Shown piece after piece: positions 18,559 to 27,098 of a stretch of 64,000 nucleotides of DNA. This DNA is from Fibrobacterales bacterium. Its GTDB lineage: Bacteria > Fibrobacterota > Fibrobacteria > Fibrobacterales > JAOPTW01. A model generated the notes under the pieces. The model searched no databases, had not been told where the DNA came from, and saw nothing but the letters and a program-made list of their open reading frames with translations. How positions within the stretch are numbered: the stretch's first letter is position 1; every line of letters begins with the position of its first letter. Location of the stretch: the NCBI GenBank assembly GCA_051532035.1, contig JAOPTW010000056.1, forward strand, positions 6,571-70,570. Reading direction: 5' to 3'. Both the position numbers and the translations under genes were made by a program.

Positions 18559-19968
18559 ATGTATCAGTATCTATTAAGTTTTATTCTAGTCGCACTCATA
18601 GTATTGAGTGCTTGTGATCGAAATATCGTAAAGCCAAAGTTGGATGATTCAGATTCAACTACAGGAGATTTACAGAATGTTCAGCCTCAGAATACAGTGT
18701 CATCACAAGCAGTTGTAGTACAAGGGTCAAGCAGTAGTGTTGGACTTCCTGGTACTAGTGTGAGTTCAGCAACTATTGAAGCTGGGTCCTCTTCCCACAA
18801 TGATTCCACTGTATCAAGTAATAGTGGAGATATCAGTAGCTCCATGCCATCGGTAAGTAGTTCAGCAGGCACCTCATTAAGCAGTGAGTTAGCAGCAACG
18901 GTTTCGAGTTCAGAAAATGCCCTGAGTTCTTCCGTATCTTCTTCAGCAATCCACTTGCCAGAATCAAGTTCGTCAGAACTAAGCGTGTCATCGTCAAGTG
19001 TGGCACCTGTATTAAAGACCTTTCAATTCTATGCAGAGCAGAGTGAGGGGACTGATGAATTTAAACAGATTGGTAGATTTGAACGCTGGGGGGATAATGA
19101 AAAAAAAGCGGGCCCTGATGCAGCGGAAGGCAATAAAAGTATCAAATTTGAATTTACAGACGGTGGATGGGCATCTGTATTCGATAGTCAACAAGACTTC
19201 AGGCAATTTGATAAGGGTTATTTACATTTTGATATTAAAACAACTACAAATGCAGCTATTAAAATAGAGTGGGATGATGATGCTAATGACTCTAAAACAC
19301 TGTTTGATTATACAGGGCTTAGTGGAGATTGGGAGCACGTTGTGATTCCTCTTGATTCGTTTCACGGAATTAATCTAGAACAATTGAGAGAGCCTTTTGC
19401 TCTTATATATCTTAATGGTGGAAAGAGAGAAAAGATAGTAATTGATAATATATACTATTCTACACAAGGTACTTCAACCTATCGCGATAGAGGTGGGTTG
19501 GTAATTATGACGGACGATTACAATGGGAGTGACTATTTTAACGCCCTTGGTAAAGCAGGTAACTGGGGCGCATTAGATTTAAATGATATACGCTATTCAT
19601 CGGATCGAACTGAAGGTGAAAAAAGTATTGCTTTGACACCAGGCGAGGGTGGTTATACGCTTGCATACGACTCACCTACAGATTTGAGAGAATGGGCTCA
19701 GGGTAAACTCGTTTTTGATGTTAAAACGGAACATAACTATGCCATAAAAATAGAGTGGGGTGACATAAACCATAAAACAGAGACAGCGTATATAGGTCTT
19801 GATCAATATGTAAGAGCAGATAACCACTGGCAAACTGCAGTAATCCCCTTTGATCATTTTGCTAATGAGTTTGGTGGTGGCATACAATTTGATGAGATTA
19901 AGATACCTTTTGGACTCCATAAAGGAGAGGGCACAGTTTTAATCGATAATATACGTTGGGTGAAATAA
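18559..19968 (+). CDS. paralog of the 16919-18382 lipoprotein
   Basis: Same lipobox context (VLSACDRNIVKPKL), Ser-rich linker and two modules (YLHFDIKT..IKIEWD / LVFDVKT..IKIEWG). Ends in VLIDNIRWVK. About 70 bp of upstream sequence is also similar. Confidence 0.6.
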   Translation: MYQYLLSFILVALIVLSACDRNIVKPKLDDSDSTTGDLQNVQPQNTVSSQAVVVQGSSSSVGLPGTSVSSATIEAGSSSHNDSTVSSNSGDISSSMPSVSSSAGTSLSSELAATVSSSENALSSSVSSSAIHLPESSSSELSVSSSSVAPVLKTFQFYAEQSEGTDEFKQIGRFERWGDNEKKAGPDAAEGNKSIKFEFTDGGWASVFDSQQDFRQFDKGYLHFDIKTTTNAAIKIEWDDDANDSKTLFDYTGLSGDWEHVVIPLDSFHGINLEQLREPFALIYLNGGKREKIVIDNIYYSTQGTSTYRDRGGLVIMTDDYNGSDYFNALGKAGNWGALDLNDIRYSSDRTEGEKSIALTPGEGGYTLAYDSPTDLREWAQGKLVFDVKTEHNYAIKIEWGDINHKTETAYIGLDQYVRADNHWQTAVIPFDHFANEFGGGIQFDEIKIPFGLHKGEGTVLIDNIRWVK

Positions 19969-19976
19969 AGAGGTTC

Positions 19977-20486
19977 ATGACTATGAGATACAGTGCTGTT
20001 TTGATATCTTTGATATTGGGAACCTTATTAGGGTGTAGTGAAAAAAGCTCTCCAACTCAGCCTGGGGTATTATTAAATACCCTATCATCAAGTAGTATAG
20101 ATACAGTCGCATCCACAACGAGTTCTTCATCTGTGATTAGTGGCGTAAGTAGTTCAGGCGAGGTATCTGCATCGGGTCTTATAGGAGGCTGGCGGTTAGA
20201 TTCTGTTCAAGGGGTTGATGACCAGTATACTCAGTATGATTTCGAAATGTATTATTTAAGCGACTCCCTTTACACTCAGTATACCTCTTATCCCGAATTA
20301 GATCTAATAGATAGTGTCGTAGGGAAGTGGTGGGCCACAGATAGTATTGTTATCACCAATGAATTAGAGAGTACAGAAAATGATTCACTACCGTACCTTC
20401 TTGAAGGTGATAGCGTCTTTGTTATTTGGTACGACCGACCTGAGAGTAAACGAATCACTCACTACTTTTCAAAAATAATTCCATAA
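19977..20486 (+). CDS. small lipoprotein with Ser-rich linker and lipocalin-like C-terminal domain
   Basis: ATG at 19977 follows RBS AAGAGG. The ORF-track start 19956 overlaps the upstream gene. Lipobox LLGCSEKS. GGWRLDSVQG-type start of a small beta-barrel domain. Confidence 0.5.
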   Translation: MTMRYSAVLISLILGTLLGCSEKSSPTQPGVLLNTLSSSSIDTVASTTSSSSVISGVSSSGEVSASGLIGGWRLDSVQGVDDQYTQYDFEMYYLSDSLYTQYTSYPELDLIDSVVGKWWATDSIVITNELESTENDSLPYLLEGDSVFVIWYDRPESKRITHYFSKIIP

Positions 20487-20520
20487 AAAAAACGGAAATC
20501 ATTACTGATATCCGTTTAAT
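20485..20520. terminator. bidirectional terminator between convergent genes
   Basis: AAACGGAAATC-ATTACT-GATATCCGTTT pairs at 10 of 11 bp, with an A-run before and T-rich sequence after. Confidence 0.5.
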
Positions 20521-20548
20521 ACAGAGCGTTGCTCTATGAGTAATTCAA

Positions 20549-21397
20549 TTATAAGTTATCAAGAACCTTCACAAAGGTCTCGGCAGGTCCTTCTGCAACG
20601 CCAGTCCAAATCTCAAAAGACTTAACACCCTGATAGGCGAGCATCCCAAGTCCTTGTACTGTTTTAGCACCTTTTGCCGCAGCATCTTTAAGAAGCTTAG
20701 TTTCACGTGGGTTATAGACAATATCATAGACGATTTGTCCTGGATAGATATAATCAGCAGATACAGCACTCGCATCTTCATTGGGGTGCATTCCCAGAGG
20801 AGTTGCATTAATCAGAAGTTTCTGCTCCCGAGCAATCTCTGAGTATTTTGATGAGTCAATGTAGAGTGCTTTACACTCAGTTTTGGTATTAATCTTCTCG
20901 ACAATGTCACCACCTGCAGTTGCGTTAATTCCGGCTATTGTAAGAGTAATACCGGGATATTCCAAAGCAAAAGCACAGGCAATGGCACTTGCTGCACCGC
21001 CAGTGCCGAGGAGGGTCACTTTTTGGTCAGTCATTTCCACACCAGATCGACGGAGGTTTTCAAGAGCTCCATAGGGATCTGTGGTCGTCCCGCACAGTTT
21101 TCCATCTTTCTTATAGATGGTATTCACGCTCTGCATGAGTTCGGATATTTCTGATATCTCATCAAGATACTGAATGACGTTCTGCTTGTGGGGGATAGTA
21201 ACGTTTGCCCCTACAAAATTCATTGCTCTAAGCCCTGCTACAGCATTTTCAAGGTTATCTGGATGTGTTTCCAATGGGATATAGCAAAAGTCTAGCCCAA
21301 GCTCTGCAAAACCAGTGTTATGCATGTTTGGTGAGAAAGAGTGTTCTACAGGGTATCCAAGGATACCAACAATTTTGGTTTTTCCGCTAATAGTCAT
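20549..21397 (-). CDS. aroE: shikimate dehydrogenase
   Basis: Start taken at ATG 21397 (MTISGKTKIVGILGYPVEHSFSP). The ORF-track start 21517 lies inside hflX. SP.MHN and GANVTIPHK motifs, GTGGAA NADP loop. Confidence 0.85.
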   Translation of the reverse strand: MTISGKTKIVGILGYPVEHSFSPNMHNTGFAELGLDFCYIPLETHPDNLENAVAGLRAMNFVGANVTIPHKQNVIQYLDEISEISELMQSVNTIYKKDGKLCGTTTDPYGALENLRRSGVEMTDQKVTLLGTGGAASAIACAFALEYPGITLTIAGINATAGGDIVEKINTKTECKALYIDSSKYSEIAREQKLLINATPLGMHPNEDASAVSADYIYPGQIVYDIVYNPRETKLLKDAAAKGAKTVQGLGMLAYQGVKSFEIWTGVAEGPAETFVKVLDNL

Positions 21398-22592
21398 CGA
21401 CAATAAATTCCTTTGGCTCAATGCCATCATCACTCCAGAGCTTTTCTTCAAGATATTCAACCCGTTCTTCAGTTTTAGGGTCAAATATACGTGAGTGCCA
21501 AGAGTCGTATTCGTCACTTAATTTGTTTTTTAGAATATCAGTCCCGATATTTTCTAGGGCCGACATAAACACCGCATCAGGGAATTTCTCATAGAGATTA
21601 ATACGAGCGGTTTCATCCAACGCATCAACTTTATTAAAGACCAAAAGTTGAGGAATATTTTTTTCTGTTATCTCTTTGAGTACCGAAGTGGTCACTTCCA
21701 TATGGTCATACATATCACTTGCACTTGAATCAATAACATGTAAAATAAGGTCAGACTGCGCGGCAATACCAAGGGTACTTCTAAACGAAGCCACCAAGTG
21801 GTGAGGAAGTTTTCTAATAAAACCAACAGTGTCCGAGAGAATCAGACTGCGCTCTGTATCAATAAAGAGTTTTCGTGTAGTACTATCAAGCGTTGCGAAA
21901 AGTTTATCTTCTACCAGTACTTTCGCCTTGGTCAGGAGGTTGGTCAGAGTAGATTTTCCGGCATTAGTGTAACCAACAACACCCACATGAAACTGTGCAT
22001 TGCGTTTGTTCGCTTGGAGGTTACGAGCCTTTTCAATCTTCTGTAGCTTCTTTTTGAGGTCTTTAATGCGCTTTTGTACGAGCCGTTTGTCAGTTTCAAG
22101 CTGAGTTTCACCAGGGCCACGGGTTCCAATACCACCCACTTGACGGCAGAGGTGTGTCCACATGTTGGTAAGGCGTGGCATGAGGTACTCATGTTGTGCT
22201 ATCTCAACCATAATTTGCGCTTCAGACGTTTTGGCGTGTTTCGAAAATATATCGAGAATAATGCCCGAACGGTCTAGTACTTTAACATCGGGTAAACTTG
22301 CTTCAATATTACGAATCTGAGATCCCGAGAGGTCTTCGTCAAAGATAACCAGTTCGGCACAGTGTATGTGACTCAACTGGCGTATCTCTTCAAGCTTTCC
22401 TTTGCCCACCAATGTAGATGGGTTGTAGGTCTTCATGTTTTGAGTAACAATCTCGACCACTTCAGCTTCTGAAGTCTCTGTTAAGCGTTGAAGTTCTGCA
22501 AGGTGTTCTCGCATCACTTTAGGGCGGATTTTACTGGTTGAGATACCGACCAAGATGGCCTTCTCAATAGTTTTTTTTAGCTCTATTCCCAC
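21387..22592 (-). CDS. hflX: GTPase HflX
   Basis: 401 aa. HflX N-terminal domain followed by G1 GYTNAGKST, DTVGF and NKVD. Confidence 0.9.
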   Translation of the reverse strand: MGIELKKTIEKAILVGISTSKIRPKVMREHLAELQRLTETSEAEVVEIVTQNMKTYNPSTLVGKGKLEEIRQLSHIHCAELVIFDEDLSGSQIRNIEASLPDVKVLDRSGIILDIFSKHAKTSEAQIMVEIAQHEYLMPRLTNMWTHLCRQVGGIGTRGPGETQLETDKRLVQKRIKDLKKKLQKIEKARNLQANKRNAQFHVGVVGYTNAGKSTLTNLLTKAKVLVEDKLFATLDSTTRKLFIDTERSLILSDTVGFIRKLPHHLVASFRSTLGIAAQSDLILHVIDSSASDMYDHMEVTTSVLKEITEKNIPQLLVFNKVDALDETARINLYEKFPDAVFMSALENIGTDILKNKLSDEYDSWHSRIFDPKTEERVEYLEEKLWSDDGIEPKEFIVDDY

Positions 22593-24370
22593 TCAATGGT
22601 TCCTGGGGGTTTATGAGTAATATCATAGAGAAGGGCACCAAGGCCTACTGCTTCAACTTTTGTCCAAAGTTGATTCAGGAGAGTGCGGTCCATCTCGTAA
22701 AAGTTTGCGGTCATTGCTTCAGTTGAACATACAGGGCGAAGTACTGCCACAGGTTTACCATTAGTAGTAAGAGGGAGGAGTACAACGGGCATCTGCCATA
22801 TTTCATTATAGAGGTCGTTGTCTAAAAGGAACTCTGTACATATCGCATCAATCGTTCTCAGAATATCAAGACGATCTCGAGTTGAATACTGTTCGACAAG
22901 CTCATAGTGAATTGATGGGTCACTATTGACTTGATACACTAAGCGGTTGAGTTCTTTAAAACGGTTGGTGATAGCTGTTGAATTTGTTTCACAATCACGC
23001 CAGTCCATTTTATTTTGAATAACAAAAGGTTGTGCATAAGTACGTGCATCACCTTGAACACCGACACTGTGAATCGGGAGAATTTTTCCTTGAATACCGC
23101 TTTGAAGGAGGTAATCGGCAAGGCCTTCTATTTGAGGGTTCTCTATATGAGTTCCGTCACTACAAAGAAGACGTACTCCAAGACCGGGGCCTGGGAAGGG
23201 GTGTCGCCAAAGAAGTGCATGGGGGATATCCAGCTTAGCTCCTAAATCGCGAACTTCATCTTTGTAGAGCTCAGCAAGGGGCTCAATCACTTTACCTTGT
23301 TCAAGAAGTTCCATAACTTTTGGAACACGGTTGTGGTGCGTTTTAATAACGTCGGCATTTTTAGTCCCCCCTGATTCAATAGTATCAGGGTAGATAGTGC
23401 CTTGTGCCATAATCCACTGTTCAGGATCGAGGTTCATTCCCTCAATTTCATTATCTTTCACATCAAGAAAGGTGTCACCAATAATTTTCCGTTTTGTCTC
23501 TGGCGCAAATTCACCTTTAAGATTTCCGAGAAAGAGATCAGATGCATCCACAATTTTGAGGTTGTTCATGTTGTGGTCTTTAAGAAAAACATCAACTTCA
23601 GCACTTTCATTGAGGCGCATAAGGCCGTTGTCAATATGGACACCGATTACACGGTCTTGTCCGAGTACTTTATTGAGGAGTACAAAAGCAACCGTAGAAT
23701 CTACACCACCTGAAACAAGAAGCAGTACATTTTTATCACCAACCTGTGCTTTAATTTTATTGCTGATCTCATCAACATACGATGCAGCATCCCAATCTTT
23801 TGCACATTCACATATATCAATAAAGTTCTCAAGTATTTTCATACCAAACTCTGAGTGGGTTACTTCTGGGTGAAACTGAATGCCATAGCTTTTAAGGGTA
23901 TCGTTTGCCACTGCAGACTGCTCACAGTCATCGGTAGAAGCGATGGTAACAAACCCTTCAGCAGGAACACTTACTTTGTCACCATGACTCATCCACATAG
24001 GGGAGGAATCTGGCAGATCTTTAAGGAGTGGGTGTGGATCTTTAGGAACGAGAAGTTGTGAAACACCATACTCTTGAACTTCACCTACTTCAACCGTACC
24101 ACCAAGTTTTTGGTTGATAAGCTGATGACCATAACAGATACCGAGTTTTGGAATAGTGAGATTAATAAGGTCACTATTAAAATCAGGACGATCTTCAGCG
24201 TAGACGCTTGAAGGGCCTCCAGAAAAAATAATTCCTTTGTAATCCTTAAACGTATCAGCTGATTCAGTAGGGAGAAATATCTCGGAATAGACACCAAGAC
24301 GACGTACTTTGTTCGCTATTAGGTGTACATATTGACCACCAAAATCGAGAATAGCAATTTTATCTTTCAC
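22583..24370 (-). CDS. guaA: GMP synthase (glutamine-hydrolysing), long form with two-subdomain C-terminal region
   Basis: GTG start. GATase motifs (GICYGHQ, HPE). PP-loop SGGVDSTV. C-terminus KPPGTIEWE. At 595 aa it is about 70-80 aa longer than E. coli GuaA, with the extra sequence around LPIHSVGVQGDARTY...NRLVY. Confidence 0.9.
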   Translation of the reverse strand: MKDKIAILDFGGQYVHLIANKVRRLGVYSEIFLPTESADTFKDYKGIIFSGGPSSVYAEDRPDFNSDLINLTIPKLGICYGHQLINQKLGGTVEVGEVQEYGVSQLLVPKDPHPLLKDLPDSSPMWMSHGDKVSVPAEGFVTIASTDDCEQSAVANDTLKSYGIQFHPEVTHSEFGMKILENFIDICECAKDWDAASYVDEISNKIKAQVGDKNVLLLVSGGVDSTVAFVLLNKVLGQDRVIGVHIDNGLMRLNESAEVDVFLKDHNMNNLKIVDASDLFLGNLKGEFAPETKRKIIGDTFLDVKDNEIEGMNLDPEQWIMAQGTIYPDTIESGGTKNADVIKTHHNRVPKVMELLEQGKVIEPLAELYKDEVRDLGAKLDIPHALLWRHPFPGPGLGVRLLCSDGTHIENPQIEGLADYLLQSGIQGKILPIHSVGVQGDARTYAQPFVIQNKMDWRDCETNSTAITNRFKELNRLVYQVNSDPSIHYELVEQYSTRDRLDILRTIDAICTEFLLDNDLYNEIWQMPVVLLPLTTNGKPVAVLRPVCSTEAMTANFYEMDRTLLNQLWTKVEAVGLGALLYDITHKPPGTIEWE

Positions 24371-24418
24371 ACAAGTTCCATTGTTAGGTTGTTCACTTCG
24401 GCTGGGCCGAGGTCGTTG

Positions 24419-25876
24419 TTACTTCTTAGTGAGGCTCTCTGCTATAGAGACGAGTGAGCGTACTCCCCATCCTGTAGCACCCCAATTGTAATATTTCCAC
24501 TCTTTGGTTATGAAGGCAGTACCTGCAATGTCAAGGTGGGCCCAAGTTGCACCTTCAGGTACAAATTCTTGTAAAAAGAGTCCGGCGGTGATTGCTCCAG
24601 CCGATTCACTAATATTGCGAAGGTCGGCAACTTTATCGTCGAGCTCGTCACGATACTCTTCTTCGAGAGGCATGTGCCAAAACTTTTCACCATTTGCTTT
24701 ACCAGATTTTAAAATAGTTGTAGCAAATGCGTCTTTGTTCGAAAAGAGACCAGTCATTTTGGGGCCAATTGCACGGACGATAGCGCCAGTTAAGGTCGCA
24801 AGGTCAATAATGTGAGTTGCTCCAATGAGACCCGCTTCGGCGAGTCCATCAGTCAGTACAAGGCGACCCTCTGCATCTGTGTTCTCAACCTGAATGGTTT
24901 TACCATTTTTCGCTGTAAAAATATCTCCAGGGAGTGCGGCGTCTTGGCCAGGGCGATTCTCTGCAAGGCATATAACTGCAGATACATTTATAGGGAGCTT
25001 AAGCTCTGCGATTGCTTTAAACGCGCCAAGTACTGTTCCTGCACCACCCATATCCATGCGCATTTCCCACATACTGCCCGCAGGTTTTAAAGAAATCCCA
25101 CCAGTATCAAAGGTAATGCCTTTACCGACAAGTGCAAGCTTCGTCGATTTTGGTGCTTTGCTATGAGTATAATTGAGTGTTACCATGTAAGGGTCGTTTG
25201 GACTCCCTTTTCCCACAGTAATAAGTCCGTTAAAGCCTTCTTTCGCAAGTGCTTTTTTGTCTCGTATCGAGATCTCAATACTATCGGTTGCAGCGGCGAG
25301 TTTTTTAGCGCGTGCAACAAAATCTTTTGGAGTAAGACTTGAACCTGGTTCATTGATGAGGTCTCGTGTAACAGTAGCGCCAAGGCTGAGCGTCATTTCA
25401 CGATCAACAATTTTTTGTAAGTGCCGTTTCTCTGATCCGTCGACATAGAGTACAAGGGTTACTGTTTGTTGTTCTGTAGGTTCTGACTTATATCCTGTAA
25501 AGCTGTATCCGCCGGTGAGGAAGCCTTGACAGAGTGCTGAGAGGGCTTCATCTTTAATTTTAGGCAGCACTAACGCGATAGAATCATGTTTTCTTTTTTG
25601 AGCAAAACCAGAAACGTGGTAGGCGGCAATTCTGAGGTGCTCTGTAGTGTCAAGACCTTTGGGTTCAGCAATTTCATGAATAATAGTTTCAGGAGCTCCT
25701 TGAAGAACTTGTGTGCCACTGAGTCTACTTTCTTCGAGCTGTTTGATTATTTCTTTTGATTCTGATGATACATGAGCACTAGGAGTTGAGAGCTGTACAC
25801 TCCCTTTTTTACAAAAAATCACCAGTGGTTCTGCTATGGATTTTGCTTGAGCTATTGTTCTGAGTTCAATGTTCAT
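24419..25876 (-). CDS. pepA: leucyl aminopeptidase (M17)
   Basis: Start taken at ATG 25876 after RBS GAGGT. The ORF-track start 25942 is TTG. M17 signature VENTDAEGRLVLTDG and GKGITFDTGG. Confidence 0.85.
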   Translation of the reverse strand: MNIELRTIAQAKSIAEPLVIFCKKGSVQLSTPSAHVSSESKEIIKQLEESRLSGTQVLQGAPETIIHEIAEPKGLDTTEHLRIAAYHVSGFAQKRKHDSIALVLPKIKDEALSALCQGFLTGGYSFTGYKSEPTEQQTVTLVLYVDGSEKRHLQKIVDREMTLSLGATVTRDLINEPGSSLTPKDFVARAKKLAAATDSIEISIRDKKALAKEGFNGLITVGKGSPNDPYMVTLNYTHSKAPKSTKLALVGKGITFDTGGISLKPAGSMWEMRMDMGGAGTVLGAFKAIAELKLPINVSAVICLAENRPGQDAALPGDIFTAKNGKTIQVENTDAEGRLVLTDGLAEAGLIGATHIIDLATLTGAIVRAIGPKMTGLFSNKDAFATTILKSGKANGEKFWHMPLEEEYRDELDDKVADLRNISESAGAITAGLFLQEFVPEGATWAHLDIAGTAFITKEWKYYNWGATGWGVRSLVSIAESLTKK

Positions 25877-26011
25877 TATATCTACCTCTAAAAGACTTAG
25901 GTTCGAATGTTTCCCAGGGTGAAGACCATGAGTCAAAAACAATCAAATCCTTATGAAATATATTATTTTACAAGGATTTATAAAGAATTGCAACGAATTG
26001 CAGTTATTAGA

Positions 26012-26042
26012 AACAAAAAAAGGTCAACTTTGAGTTGACCTT
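26012..26042 (-). terminator. intrinsic terminator of rpmE
   Basis: AAGGTCAAC-TTTGA-GTTGACCTT is a 9-bp stem (26020-26042). It is followed on the minus strand by a T-run (complement of 26012-26019). Confidence 0.7.
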
Positions 26043-26064
26043 AAATACTGATTAAAAGAGAATG

Positions 26065-26361
26065 TTATTCTTCGTCTTTCTTACGAGTAACTTCTTTTCT
26101 TGTCTTTCTTTTACCTGATGTAATTTTGTCATATTTCTTAGCGAAACGGTCAATACGTCCTGCAGTATCGAGTCTATGAACTTTTCCAGTCCAAAATGGG
26201 TGAGAGTCTGAAGTCACCTCGCATTGAATAATGTAGTGCTCAACACCGTCGATCTCTTTGGTTTCTTTAGAGGTCATGGTTGATTTAGTAGCAAATTCAG
26301 CTTTAGTACTAGCATCAATAAAAACTACTGGGCTGTATGATGGATGTAATCCTTCTTTCAT
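26065..26361 (-). CDS. rpmE: 50S ribosomal protein L31, type B (no CxxC zinc motif), with basic C-terminal extension
   Basis: MKEGLHPSYSPVVFID...HPFWTG is typical of L31 type B. Lys/Arg-rich tail. Confidence 0.85.
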   Translation of the reverse strand: MKEGLHPSYSPVVFIDASTKAEFATKSTMTSKETKEIDGVEHYIIQCEVTSDSHPFWTGKVHRLDTAGRIDRFAKKYDKITSGKRKTRKEVTRKKDEE

Positions 26362-26505
26362 ATAAGTATCCGTTAAAGTGTCACGTTTTAATTCGTTGCA
26401 AATATAGAACTATTTGACTATTAATCAATGAATTATTCCAGTGATAGTGAATAAAAAAGGGCTTTTTATTAGCTTTGACCCTTATTAGGGATAATTGTTA
26501 GGCGT

Positions 26506-27090
26506 ATGGTTCACTGTTTTCGCAAAAATATCAAGATAGGAGTGCTCATAGGCTCTCTTTTAAGTCTTTGTGTATTCATTGGGTGCAGCAGTGACGGTGA
26601 GTACGAATTTAAGTCAAAAATGGGTCAAAAGGTGGTGCTCGAGCAGTTTCCAGATTCCCTCGACCTTGATAGTGCCAAAAAAATCCGACATTACAAACAA
26701 GATACCACTCACCGAAAAAAGAAGCTTGAGATGGACCTTGAGACTGCTTTGGTAAGAAAGCCTCAGATGAGTGGTTCAAAAAGTGGAACTTCTGGTCAAA
26801 AAATTAAAACCAAAAAGTTTATCACAAAGGAACTTTTTGTTGAGCGCTTCTCTAAACAGATTACAAAAATGAAAAATGATCCTCAGAATAGAGGCTTGTT
26901 TATGAGTATTACACCACGCACGAGGATGAGTATCAAGCAGGTACTCTCAAAACAGTACAATACCTATGCAACCGCCATACCAGATGTGCTCATAAAATAT
27001 GAGTTAAAAGCACTTAATCCGACAATAGATTTTAACGCCATTCCAAAAGGTACTCCTGTGATTATTCCAAGAGTAGACCTTTTTAAGTAG
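26506..27090 (+). CDS. lipoprotein with basic linker and LysM-like C-terminus
   Basis: Lipobox VFIGCSSD. The C-terminal 45 aa loosely resemble LysM (..LKALNP..IPKGTPVIIP). Confidence 0.4.
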   Translation: MVHCFRKNIKIGVLIGSLLSLCVFIGCSSDGEYEFKSKMGQKVVLEQFPDSLDLDSAKKIRHYKQDTTHRKKKLEMDLETALVRKPQMSGSKSGTSGQKIKTKKFITKELFVERFSKQITKMKNDPQNRGLFMSITPRTRMSIKQVLSKQYNTYATAIPDVLIKYELKALNPTIDFNAIPKGTPVIIPRVDLFK

Positions 27091-27098
27091 TAGAGTAT

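Noticed and set aside
23397-23873. 158-aa plus-strand ORF antisense to guaA, with similar antisense ORFs in aspS (47323-47721), pepA, glgB and the GH9 gene
   Set aside because: They lie opposite highly conserved housekeeping genes, have Ser/Arg/Leu-rich composition typical of antisense frames, and lack RBSs.
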